Of a stretch of 64,000 nucleotides of DNA, positions 38,685 through 52,400 are shown in pieces. The stretch lies in NCBI GenBank assembly GCA_043228905.1, contig JBHGNT010000005.1, positions 5,828,001-5,892,000 on the forward strand, written 5' to 3'. Under the pieces are notes generated by a model. It did not search any database. It worked only from the letters and a program-made list of their open reading frames with translations, and was not told the origin of the DNA. Numbering within the stretch: position 1 is the first letter of the stretch; every line of letters starts with the position of its first letter. Source of the stretch: Azolla caroliniana (taxonomy: Eukaryota > Plantae > Polypodiophyta). The position numbers were made by a program, and so were the translations under genes.

Positions 38685-39549
38685 ATCGTCATTGAAAACT
38701 TTTTGTCTAGGCATCCTCCCTTCCCAATAATTCCTACCACAAGCCCTCACATAAGGATCAGTTTTTTCCATCTTATTTACTTGAGCATATTGCTTATTCA
38801 ACATGCTATAGCCACATTTGAGTGTAAATGGTCTCACATTTGGCAAATTGAGCACATTTTCTTATTTAATGCACAATCTATTCACAAATATGAAATGTGT
38901 AGTTATATCATGCATGACACGTTTATTTCTAGTTTTGAAAACTTCACTCATTGTTTTCAAAACCTTTGTTATAGCAAGACTTGTGAAGCTACAATTAGTA
39001 CAATATCAAAATGTAAAGAGCATGTTTTCCTTAAAAGAACTAATAGTGTTTCTATACTTGAGTCTCATGAAAACATGCTATAAAAAGCCCCTAGCTTTAA
39101 TCCAGTTTCCAATGCAATTACATGAGCATTATAAGGATGGAGATGCAAGTGGTGATGTGCTTCTTGCAAAACTACTTGTGACATATTTGACCATATGCAT
39201 TGACAAATGGAATGGTCAATAGTGTAACATGATCATAATCCTTTGTCAGTTTATTCAATTCAGCTACTAAGATTCCCAAGTCCACATCTTCTTACTAGGA
39301 ATTACATAAAAAATAACATATTAAAGTTTACTTAAAATGTCTCATACTCAGTTATAGTTTCTTTCCATGCATGAACTTAAAGAAATACAGAGATTGTTAG
39401 ATACAGAAAACATCCATAGTAATCTTAAATGGGCGTAACACATGAACCAAACAGTAGAGGTTTTATTTATGGAAGGCAATGAAATTGTCAAAATACACAT
39501 TTCCAAACATGTAACGCAAATGGTTTAATGTATTTATATTGTAAGTGTT

Positions 39550-42500
39550 TCAAACATTCGGAGGCGGCCATATCTTGGCAAAGTAATCTTCCAAACGTTT
39601 CCTGTTGCTGATATACCCCTCCAACCCTTGACCTAATAGCTCCTCGGCAGCAGCGCCCAATCCCTCAGCAAATCTTCCTTGATCCCAACTCTGCAGCTGC
39701 AACTTAAATGTGTATTTGTATCACAAGTTTGAAATTAGATCTTGGAGAATAAGCACACACATAAGGGGTAGCTCCTACCTCTTGCTCGGTGAAATTAAAT
39801 GTTTCCGCTTCACCTGGGCTAAGTAGCCTAGAAAAGGAGTACTTGTCATCCCTTACAACTTTGGTCTCTTGTAGGGATTGTAATAACTTAAGAGGCACAA
39901 TCACATAATCAACACTGAAAATTCAAACATGCCACTTGATAAGAAGCATTTCATCTAATGCAACAAATAACTTGTAGGAAAGTTGTTCTGTATTCCTCTC
40001 CTTTTATCTAGTATATTGTGACACTTAGCCAGACACTATCAAACGTCACACATCACTAGTTGTTAACAGTTAAAAACATATTTTAGATATTGGGAGGCAT
40101 CTGTTATCCACCCGAGAACGCTGAAAAGATCTTGTTTATTTCGAACAGCAGCCGCCATTAACTTTGTCTTTGATTGACTCTTGTGAATGTAATAATATGC
40201 TTTTCTCACCTGAAGGCAAAGGACAATATTGATCAATAACTCTCCACCATAAACTAAAAGAAAACTAAAAAAGTTGTTACTGATCTTGCCAAGAAATACG
40301 ACAGGAAGTAGACAGCTTCACCAACAAGAGCACTCTAAGAGTTTCAATGGGAATCCGGACAACAGATGCTAGATAGTGACTGTGAGGACCCTGAAGGGCT
40401 AGGGATGACTGGTCAATATAGGTGACTCCTAATCCCAACTATGTGACCTGGGTGTGAATTTCCTGTTTCAAGTATGATACAGGATCTGGATCCATCAATT
40501 CCAATTCATAACTATCATAATCTACAAACAATTAGAATCTTCCAGTACTAAACTGGGTATCCTATAATCTAGTGATATCCATCCCGGCTTCTCTTCATAT
40601 GGGGGGCTCACAAAGTTGGATAAGTTACCAAGAGGTCGGCATTTGAGATAGCTCTAACATTTATGACGTCACCGTCTCTCAATGTAAGTTGCCAAGGTTT
40701 AGGGATTCTTTTAGTTGCAATAAAAAACCCTATAATGCAGAAGAATGAAACCCTAGAAAAGAGCGCAGTGCAAACCCTAAAACTCGAAATACAGATAGAC
40801 AACTGAGCTTGCATGAAGCCCAACACAACTTATAATAAAATCTAAAACGCAACAAATATCAAGGATCAATCAGCTGCAACGTAAACCCTAAAATACAGCA
40901 TAAAGAAACCATAAAAAGGGAACACATTCAAGGGGTGGGTTCTGTTGTCCCCCCCTCTGTTCTTCGCTTTCTTGTGACCTCATCCATTTTTTGGGCCAGA
41001 CTTTAAGTTTGGATTACCACGTTTCTGGTCTCATTTAGAAGACCTTTGCTAGTTTGTTTGCCATTTCGTTGAGTAGGATCCTCTTCCGTGGAACTCTTTG
41101 AGCACTATGATTTTTGGGAATCTCTTAAAACCTTCATAGCATCGATATGGCTTTTTTAAAGCAGTACGAAATCCTCCAGATTGCCATGAACTTAATGGTA
41201 AGGAGTCATGCTATTGTTGTTTATGTCTTGGGTTCGATTCCCAATTTTCTCATCTCTCTCTCTCTCACATTAGTACCATGGTCCCATAGGTCAAAATTGG
41301 CCTCTTTATGGATGATAAAAATTCTAATTCTAATTCTAATGAAGTTACAGGATTAATGTTTCTATCTAAATGAGGGGTGGACACAGGGTCTGCCATTCCA
41401 GGAATCTTTTTCGTTAGATGTAATGTTTTCGGCTCAACATGATGAAACGCAGATTCAAATCTTCCAAAATTATAAAACTCAAACAAGAAATTTTACTTAA
41501 GTTGGACATCCAAAATCTATTGAAGAAGCAATTCACAACATGTTATTTGATTGCAATGCTTATAGTTCACAGTGCAGTGGTGTTTCTCCTTCCTTAGTCA
41601 TCCCGAATTCCCCTAGCAATCTTTCTTAGCTAAATTAGTGTTTCTCTAGGATATTAGCCTACTGCATGTAGATGAAATGATACAAGCTGACATAAAATAC
41701 ATGAGTTGGATATTAGCCTACTGCATTGGCTTCAGCAGAAGATACAGACAAAATCTGCATTGCATTTTTATGTCACAGACACCAAGATATTATAAATTTT
41801 ATGTGCAGAATAAGCAAACATTCCAGGTTTTTGTTGCTTCCATCTCTGTCTCACTGGTATTATTCGTGCCATTCTGTTGTTGATTTATACAGTCAATCAC
41901 ATCTCCATAAATTCTACCAAGTGCTCCAACTATGCATCTACACATATCTAGGGATTTAGCTTTAGTTTTCAGTCTTTTCAATTTACACACACCAACCCAG
42001 GATCAGGTGTCTATATTACGAGAGATATTCACGATCATGTTTCCTGTAACGTACTTTAAAGTTTCCTTCAATTAGAACTTTTTTCCAGTTGTGTTGGTTA
42101 AGCATTTACCAAAGAAATACCCGGATCTTCTCCCTTCATCTTGGACGCTTCAATCTCCACATCGTTAGAATTATTTCTGGACCAATCCTGCAGGGAACCA
42201 AATATATAGCAGGAAATAAATCTAAAATTAAATGAATCACAAACTTATAGAAAATTATAATTATGACTCACTCGCAATCTACCAATGAAGATTTGTACAA
42301 CAGAAGCACCAGCTTGAGCAGCTGCAGCAGCTTGAGCAAAACTGTGATACACAGTACAGAGAGTAGCTTGAGGAAACTGTGACCGCTCAATCTTCTCATA
42401 AAGAATTCTCTATTCGAACTTTAATATTCTTTTCTTGCTCAAGCAACACCTGTAAACTAAAGTAACATGTGTCTGGATACCCTCAGCTTCTAGCTGCCTT

Positions 42501-45500
42501 ACAGCCTCAATTCCCTATAAAACGAAGTCGATCATTTGAAAACATATTAACATTGAAGAAAGTCCTGCCAAATATAGAATGCACAATAATCTAAAGCTGT
42601 GATTGACTTTTGATCAACAAATATCCTGCTTCGAATCACAGAAAATATAGTTGGATCTATACCATGCGTTTATGTCAAGAAAATTTATTCATCTACTAAA
42701 ACGTTCAAAAGAAAATCAGATGCCGCAAATTAATGTTAGATTTCTAAAACCAGTAAGATGATGTTGAAATTCCCAATCACATCATTTTATAAAAACGTGA
42801 GACCCGACCCCTAAGAATACAATGAATTCCTTTCCGCAATATTGTCCAAAGTTTCTTTATATTAATAGATTTCATTAATGCCAAGCAAATCATTGACAGT
42901 CATGCCATAGATAATGTGGGCGAATTCATAGCGACAGGAGTTAAAAGCGCATCTGCATCTCTTTTATTTTTAGTTTAATTCTACCTTAAGGAGTTGGGAA
43001 TCAATACACAATTTATAAAATTGTAATATCTTATCCAAACTAGGCATTCTTCCATGTTCCATAACTAGATATACTAATAACTAATATCATGCACAGTTAG
43101 CACGAAGCCTCCTATTGTAAGTTACCCATGGGCTTTTTCAAGGGAATGATTTTAAGATCTTTAAACACTTACTTGCCATGTTGCAGGAATTTTGAAAAGC
43201 AGCCTTTCTGTTGGAACGTCTACCTCCTTATATAGTTTAACGAGTTCATGAACCTAAAACAATATTATCCAAAGTTTTTGGAGACATTATTACGTCGGTT
43301 AGAATATTGGATTTTGGAAATCAAGATTCTTATTACCTTGGCAACTGTCCCAACCATATCATATGCCAATTTGGCATCTACTTCTGTTGAGATGCGGCCT
43401 GGCACAAGCTTTGTTAATGCACTTCCTACATTGACAAGTGCCTGTCATTAAAAGTCCAACTCATCATGTTAGGTGATCCCTCGACGCTTGCAGTAGCTTT
43501 AACGTTTTCTTTTTTAACCAATGTGCAATGCAAAGCTGTCACCAACTGCATACAACATCATCACTTTATGGTTGAAATGTGCCCCTAAAAAGGGAGAGTT
43601 CACCTCATACATGTACATCCTGGAGTAAGGTAAGATATTTAATCACTTGGATAACTGGGCTTTCCTGAGAACTAGTATATGGCTAAAAAACTCTTGGATG
43701 ACGCAGCCATCTATCCATTTTTGGTATGAATCATTTAATCAATACATTTTAATTGAGTAAATAAATAACAAATTAGCATTCTGGTAAATGTATATTAGTT
43801 CAGAGTGATTGCATATTCTGTCCATTTGCATGTAAGATCATTTTCAATTTTGAAGAAGGTAAATGCAATTTGTTAAAATTTGAAGGGGTGTTATTGGAGT
43901 AAGACAATTAGATGTAATCTTAAGATAGTTCACTTCTCTCAGTCTTCAAGATACAAGATTACATCTTTAAGAATCTATAAATCACAAAATTAGACTGAAT
44001 GAATCTGGACAAGACTCTCGAAAAAGTTAGGTATAAAAATGCTAGAATATGTGTCATCATTCCTTTCTTGCAAGTAAATATCAGTATTTCTATAAAGCAA
44101 AAATGATAAGAGGCAAAATCGGCAAATTGCCAAGTAGAAGACGAGAAAAAGTCACAATATGGATCTGACTGATGTTCAAGTTCAAGTTTAATTTAACAGA
44201 TGGAAACCTGATGGCCATTTTTATGTTTTAATTGTTTATTGGCTTCCTCTACCAACTCTAATTATCTACAGACTCTGTCGTGATTGGAGACATTTCCATG
44301 TTGGAATGGCCTATGTTGGACATCCTTCAAAGGCGGAACTTGCAGTCCATCTATACTTACACTATCACAAGCTTAGCTGATGGGAATGACTCCAACCTTA
44401 GGCACTTATATTAATTTATTCAAGGCAGAAGTTCCAGTTAACCTAAGCTGACAACATCATGAGCTTAGCTGATGGGAATATCTCATACCTTAACTAACAC
44501 CTTTTGATTTTGGTTCATTGTTCTCCAAGATCAGAGAACATTTTCAGATGTAATGTCTCATGGAGTCTCATGTGCCAAATTAGCCCCTTAAGAGACATTA
44601 ATATATCTTTCTTGAGGAGAACCATTGATAGAAGGCACTAAAAGTTACATAAACATGCAAACCTTTAGATGGATAACCTACTTGCTAGCATAAGAAAAGT
44701 AAGTAAAATCCAAAAGAAGGAACTAGTTTATCACAGAAGCAATGAAAAGAATAATGCAAATGTTTTCTTAAAACAGACAATATTGAGACTTGCAGCAAAT
44801 ACAACATAAACTAAGAGCTCGTTTTGCCAAACACTATTGCATCGTTACTCCAAAATTGTCCTTATATGTAATCTTATGAGATGTCTTAGTTTGAACATTC
44901 TTCAAGTTCGGGTAGATAATAAAAATCAAGATAAAGATGAAGCATGCTATTTTAGACGAATCTCTGAGGTCCCCAGAGAGCCCCATTCTTCTAGATTTAC
45001 ATACGTAGACTTTTGAAAAATGTCAGTTTGGGTGCCCTCAAAGAAAAAAGGATTAGATATTTGGATTGAACCGCACATCATAAAACCACAACCAAAATCA
45101 TGATTTGAACAGTGGATGGTTCTAATCAAATTAAAATTTAACAACATGGCTAACTATACATATCCCTGTACACTAATGAAACTACAGATGATGAAAGCAT
45201 TGATATACTTATCGACATGTGTGTTGCATATGTATATATGAAGGCGCAAATATTTTCTTAAACAAACTGACTTGATAGAATTGGTTTGGTAAGATTTAAG
45301 GGTACCTTATCAGTGAAGCAGGCTAGCCTACTTTCAATTGAATCCTTGAGATAGCATTCACTATAGGCCAATGCTGTCTCAATTGCACTCTGCAAAAGGT
45401 ATCACATTTGAAGCTCCTAGAATTTGTGGCAATTATACAGGTACAATCAGTTAATCGTTGAATAAACAGAAATGGCCAAAACACCAACATTGAACTTTGT

Positions 45501-46349
45501 TTTTGGAACACTTGCAATCCCGAGCAATAGTGATGAGCTCACAGTAGCTGCAGTAGGTGGAAGCCTGTGTAATAACAGAAAAAGAAGAAGAAGAAGATGA
45601 TGATGATGATAGGTATTCACATTAATGTGGAAACTGGAAAGCTAAAATGACATTAAACGCACATTAGAAGGACTAGGAGGGTCTGTAAATTATTTCACCT
45701 TTCAAAATCATCGAAAATAACTGTGTCAGGGACAATCTCGCTGAAGCCAGAGATGGCATCAAGTTCAGTGTATTCAGCTGAAATTGGGATGGAAAAATAT
45801 TCAGATTATTGATTTCATACCATCTAGAAACGCATTCACACATACATACACACATACATGTACGACGTAGGTATGAATGTGCATGTTCGTGTGTATCTAT
45901 CTACATATGTGCGTGTACACAGTTACGTGTTTCTTGCCTGTGTTGAGTGTGGCACAGATATTAGAAGACCGTATGCATGACGTGGATCGGAGACCACAAC
46001 TCCTCTTCCTCCCCGACCAAGATGTTGAGTGAATTTCCTGCAGTTAATCATACGTTGCGCTGCATCATAACTAGCTACAGAGCGCAGGAATTTAGGGTTT
46101 ACGACTACTTAAATCAAGCGAGAGGTCATCATAACTAGCTTAAAGAGCGCAGGGTTTTCCGGAATGCTACTAAATCAGGTGATTCGTACTAAATCAAGAA
46201 ATTATGAGAGCAGGGAAGGGTGCGCATACATTGGCCAGAGAGGAGGTGCGCGAGCGCATCCCATTCCATCCGCTTCCGCAGATCTGCAGAGGGCGGCGAA
46301 GAGGCAGAGGCAGAGAGAGAGAGATCGAGGAAGAAGCAGCTGCCGCCAT
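39550..46349 (-). CDS. Plastid-targeted transaldolase (At1g12230-like), 13 exons
   Basis: Exons 46349-46230, 46037-45938, 45777-45699, 45564-45489, 45389-45306, 43441-43337, 43253-43173, 42514-42450, 42341-42272, 42187-42110, 40209-40112, 39914-39779, 39696-39550. Ser/Arg-rich transit peptide. Motifs [37 protein letters not shown] (Schiff-base Lys), [22 protein letters not shown]-terminal KIWPPPNV. Intron 2 is GC-AG. Confidence 0.94.
41183..41339 (+). mobile_element. Putative tRNA-derived SINE in transaldolase intron 10
   Basis: A-box-like GAACTTAATGGT (~41188), B-box GGGTTCGATTCCC (41230-41242) and a (TTCTAA)n tail. The 3' ~60 bp recur inverted at 55319-55385. Confidence 0.55.
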
Positions 46350-46484
46350 TAACACACACAAAAAAAACTGACACGCTCTGTCTGTATCTCTCTCTCTCTC
46401 TCTCTTAATACTTCAAAGTTTAAAGAGTAAGTTAAGACGTAATCTCTGTTTTGGTCCAAAATATATATTATCCAAAATTCAAAT

Positions 46485-46725
46485 CATAGTACATACGTAA
46501 TATACTCGAATGCATTGGAAAACATTCTTTTCCATACGACTGCAAACGAATGATTATGTTATCCAAATGTTTTTGTAAAGACTTTTTACCTTAACTTTCT
46601 TACCTTTTAAAAAACAATTACCTTATAATAAATAATGAATACAAAAGTATGGTAAACACCATACTTTGAATGATTGAAACATTCTCGAATGCGAATGCAC
46701 GTATGGTGTTATGGTTCATACTATG
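46485..46725. mobile_element. hAT-type MITE (same family as 18842-19067)
   Basis: TIR CATAGTA...TACTATG; 8-bp TSD ATTCAAAT/ATCCAAAT (1 mismatch); lies ~135 bp upstream of the transaldolase ATG. Confidence 0.85.
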
Positions 46726-49402
46726 ATCCAAATGTAGTTGTAGTTAAATTTTTGTCGTTCAACTTTTAATCATATGTTCTCGTCTTGTTGTTTGGAAATC
46801 ACTCCCTAAAGAAAAGTTATGTTTGGTCTTGTCGAGAAACCACTTACCTAAAGAAGTGAGTCGTACATAAAGTTGTAGACGTCCTTTTCCTCTATTTCTT
46901 CTAGTAGGTTGTTCTTATGTAAGGCATTGGGGGGTTACCTTGGACTGTGGCTTCTTTCTTTTGTTTACACAAGCAGGATTAAAGGGCTTTCAAGCGAAAC
47001 TCTTCCCCAATGACTTGCTTGAGGCTCTTCCTTGTGCCTCTTAAATGCACAATCTGCACTCTATTTCACTACCACCTTGTAGGCATACACTTACCCTGAA
47101 CCATATTGTGCTTTGTTGTGTGTGACTAGGAACCAACTATCAGTACTCTCTGTGGTTTACCGTAACAACATATGAAATTTAGTTATGGTGAACATATGCA
47201 TATAGATGTCATATGGTTCATTTCATGCCTATTAATACCTTAAGACTAATGTTGGGGTCATGGCATAGTTACAAGATGAATCACTATACAATCGTGTATC
47301 TTTCTTTGTTGCAATGGACCTCAATTATCACTTTTCAAATAAAAACTCTAAGTGAAATTTCAACCAAGACTACAAAATATTTTTTGGGCATCATAAATTG
47401 AGAATGCAAGATGCAACCATGGATGTCTTCCTTAATAGGGGACATATCTAAGCTAACAAATCTTGTTGTACATAAAATATGGTGTTGTCAAGCTTTCCTA
47501 GCCAATGCATGAGTTTCAATTATGTACTTTTGCATGCATTAATGAAGGAACTCCAATTTTCATGCCCCCAAAAGCTAGTCACTAATAAACAATACTCATC
47601 ATATATACCCATGAGTCAACATTATCCAAAGGTCTTCCTATTTTCCATGTTGTCTATAAAGAGGGAGAGGGCACTATGAGCAACGATTACCTATAGAATA
47701 CCATCACTTGGATCTCTTATCTACGGCATGGTCGTGCATTCCTTGCACTCAACCAAAGTTTCGCGCACGTCAAATGGTCAACAATCAAGAGCAAATGGAT
47801 CAAAGTCAAACAAGGAACATCAAGCTGAAATATAAGGAGCTATATGTGATGGTTCACAACTATGAAGATACTAATCAAAATGTGGATGGGCAAGTCGAGC
47901 AATGGAAACATACTCATTGTCACTACCTCTAGGGAAGATGGTGCATGCAAGTACTAGTCTTCATGTTTTGTTTTTAATGCTTGTCAACACATTCTCCTCA
48001 CATCAAGATATTGCTTTTCATAGCCCAAATGTCGTAGCATCAATGGTTATCTTTTCTAGCAATATATCATGCCACAACCAATTCTAGCTATGCTATCACA
48101 TCTTCCCCCAGCTTATTCTATGTCTAAATGGGAAAATTAAAGTTGCCCAATGCACTTACTCAATTACAACAAAAAATGGGGCACCTCTTGTTTATCAAAG
48201 ATCTCAAGATTCTTTATCGATGAGAGACCTCTACTATGATTAAGATCAATTCCAACAAGCAAGAGAAAGTTGTCCCATTGTTATAATGAAGACTCTGACA
48301 TCTTAGATGTACATGTATACACTTCTACAAAGCACCACATAATGAATGGCATGTGCCTAGTACATTGTGATTTCATCCTAGATGTAACAATGCAAGTTAT
48401 AGATGATATTACAATAAAAAGGTACCTAGAGGAGAAAAAGAATGAGAAGTTACCACCACATAGACAATAGAACTTGCATCTTGGCTACAAAAAAGAGATT
48501 ATTATTAATCACATTGACACATGTCCAAAACAAAGAATGCATGGTCTAAAGGATTGATTCTTATGTACTTACCCTCTAGGTTGTCAATAGATTTGCTTTG
48601 TCTATATCAAAAGATGCCATTATAAGTAGGTCTAGGGTTGAATTCAATTACACACTAGGGAATAAAAACTAAATTGGCTTAGGATTTATAGGCGATAATA
48701 GTTGCAGTTCAAGTGGACCCAATGATCAACAATCTCTCATGGGTTTTGTGCATGTCGCTTATCGATACAACTTCCCCCAATCCATGATTAGCATCTCGTC
48801 ACCAGCCTATACCTACTTGATGTAGGGGCAAAGTAAACAAGACCTAGAGTACAAGAGTGGTGATCACATGGCAGTGTTCATACTCTCAATGTCATTCTGC
48901 CTTTTACAGTCTCTGCTTGTTTGTAGTTTCCTTCAATTGCTCTTGGGTCTTATCTGTGGTTTTTGTTGCTACTGACTCTTCTACAATGCTTCACTAATCT
49001 GATCCACACTGCTTGAAAAAAATTCCGTGTTATTCTGCACCTCCCTTTATCCTTGCTCAGCCTAGTGTAAAAAGGAAACATATTTAGCCACACAAGCAAA
49101 TCGGTTTATATGGAGCAAGCCTCAGTACAAAATATTGAAATTTATTAAGTTACACTGAACAAGTTTAAAGCAGTAGATAAGACGACCAAGAAAATAAATA
49201 CCCCCATATTTGAAAAGTATATTTGGAGCATGGGGTGCAAAACTTCTCCATTTCCTTTCTTTATTATCATTTCATAAAATTCATTAGGATCTAATGTGTA
49301 TTCTGCTATCTCATAATGTTCCTGCTCGAAGATAAATACATACAGAGCTGTGGAATTCAAGACAAACGGACTAGAAAATGAAGTCGCCTCCTGCAATAAC
49401 TA

Positions 49403-52400
49403 TCATGATTGTCGGAAAGTGAGATTAAGTCGGCCTGGCCGCAGGTTAGTCCTCTCCGAAAGGCATGAAGGCATAGTTTGGGGAAGGATGGAGCGCACTC
49501 CATGATAGCATAATCTTGATGGGCCACCAAATATAATGACATCTCCAGATTCAAGGATTATATGTTCATCACTACTTCGGTCCAACCCATATACAAACTC
49601 CGCTGAGTCACCAATTGAAAATGAAACTACGGGCACTCCACATCTCAGGCTCTCTTTACTTTCATCTTTATCCTGATACATTATCATGTCTCTTAAACAA
49701 TAAAAAAGAAAGAAATCAGGTCAAATTTTAATGTTATTTTATAATTATGATTACATTTACCTGATGCAACCCCAGTTTACCACTGAGTTCATAAAAATTG
49801 ACCAGGCAAATGTTTGGATGCATTTCAGGAAGTAGACTTGTGCCACTTTCTAACGCATCCTGAGCCTCATGTAAGCATTGAGCTACAAGTTCTAAAAATA
49901 ATGGGGGGATGGAAGGTGCCACTGCATTATCAACAGATCGTTTTCTTTCATATGAGTGGATGGTGGGCTCCCAATGCATGCCAAGGCACATCATCCATAA
50001 ATGCAGTTTGCTTTCAGTTCCATAGCCTGGCTGATAAAACCCACCATTGCCAATGCCCAAATCTCTACAGATCTGAACAATTTTCACCTGTACATCAAAA
50101 TTCTTTCTTCTGTTTTGGCTAAAAAAACAGGGCTTAAATTAACTGTATAGAAACCTCTCTCTCTCTCTCTCTCTCATAGGTCATATTTGACCACAACCTC
50201 AGCACCCTTGTCATTGACAGATAAAGGCCATTATCTCCCGCCATTGCAGGTGCTTCTTTCACTTTGGAGACCTCTCCATTCTGGATCGACCTATGCTAGA
50301 GATCTTTCAAAGACAAAAGTTATAATATATCTAACTTGAGAGTCTCACATGTGCCGAGAACCAGATTCTTTAGTCTCTTTTTATCTTATTTACTTTTATA
50401 TTTAACTGAGTAATATTTATTTTATTTTGATTTGTTGTTCTCAAAAACAAGCCAACACTTAATATGTAATCTCTTGCTTGGTCTTATAGGCCATTTTGGC
50501 CTCTTAAAAGACCTCTCTCTCTCTCTCTCTCTCTGGCTGTTGTCTTGGTGGTGTAACGGGCAAGGCTCCGTCTCATATTTTACAATTGGTCTTCCTGGAT
50601 GTTAAATCGTGCTATAGCTGCACTCTGATGGCATTTGATCTCTATCATTCTTTTCCAAAGATCGCTTCAAGAAAGCCTTAACACTATACCAAGGAGTAAG
50701 CTTTGGAAAAGAATGATAGAGATCGGAAAGCCATTAGAGTATCAAGCAGCTGTAGCACGATTTTATGAGCAAGTTAGGTGTCAACTGAAAATGGATAGTG
50801 GTTTCTCAAAGTACTGCTTGAGCAACATGGGGGGTCAAGTAAGGGTGCTCTGTCTCACCCACACTCTTTGGTTTATGCACCAATAAACATGAAATAGCAA
50901 CCAAGGCTTCAAAAGAAGAAAGATTGGATGATCCAAAACTCATGCATGATCTCATTTTATACTTCTATATGCTGATGATGTTGCTTTATTCTCAGATAAT
51001 TTGGATGATGTATTGGACACATTTTGTTCAATCAGTGGGCTAATTGTTAACGTGGACTAAACAAAAAATGATGGCAATAAAGGCAATACAACCAAGACAC
51101 TACCCCACGTTTACATACAAGGGAGAACCAATACGAGTGGTGCAAATCTTCAAATATCTTGGTATGCTATGAGTCTCAACTTCAAGTGGGTTGGAATAGA
51201 GAGATCTCTTGTATCCATGGTCTCTAAGATTATCTTGGGTAAAGTGTCAGTATCATATGAGCTTATCATAGATGTGATGATTGCACCAACTGTCATAGAG
51301 ACTCCAGTCAGCCTCAACATCCATATGCAAGATTTTTCTGAGGTCTTCTAGAACGTTGGTGGTTGCAGGTGATACTTTATGTCACCACCATGGTTCGAGG
51401 TAACAAACCAAGTCCCTTTCAATAATCCAAGAATCCACAGTCTCTTGCTCTAGTCCCTCACTCAGACATTAACAAAATCATCAGGCCGTATCTCATTCAG
51501 CTGAGACTAAGAAGACATGGATTTAGACTTAAATGGAATTCTATAAAGACCATATAAAACCTTCCCGAGGATGATCAAAGATGTTTGGGGCTATTTTTAC
51601 AAGAGATCCACAATTCTGAGTCTCTTCCCAGATGTTGGACTTCTACAGATGGGTGTGGCAGGACACCTTAGAGAGAGCACAACAGCCAGGATCTTCCAAA
51701 GGGATATGACATCACAAACGGATACTGTTTCATCAAACACTTTAGCTGGACCACTCTGGACCCTGGATGATACACAGATACCATGTGCAATCCCATAGAC
51801 AGTTCAGTTGACGGGCATTCACACAATCTTATAGAAGTGTTCAGTAGATGTCACTACAAAGGACATGGGTGTCATACGGCATCATAATATGATTATCAAA
51901 GGGCTGGGCCACTGATCTGACTCTCCTACATTTATTAATTTTGTAGAATGCATACTTAGTATTACATCACAGTTTCTTTAATGCGACATTGCTCCTTATC
52001 CTTGCACTGTTTAGGTACAGCTGTATTCTGCTTCATTCTAACAGATACTCTACAAGATTCACACGGATGTATTTTTAGTGTCATATATCACTTTTACCTT
52101 ATGAAAACTACAACATTCCACTCATTCACAGCAGTCGGAAATTTTGTTCTAAAAAATATTTCTGCTGTCACTTGTTATGGTATAGTATAATACAACACCT
52201 ATGTATTAACAAGCCAATTAGCTTCCATGCTAGAAAACACCTTAGAAAATATCAGTGTTATGCACTGTTCAGACTACTGGAAATAATAATATAATTCAAA
52301 TATGAAGGGAGAAGATTCTAGTTGCATCTCAATTTTAATATCAACTCTTAAAAGTTTTGAGCCTTCACGAATATATGGAAAAGAGGATACCCCAGAAGAT

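Noticed and set aside
41183-41245. tRNA gene suggested by GGGTTCGATTCCC
   Set aside because: No acceptor or anticodon stem can be formed; a SINE head explains it better.
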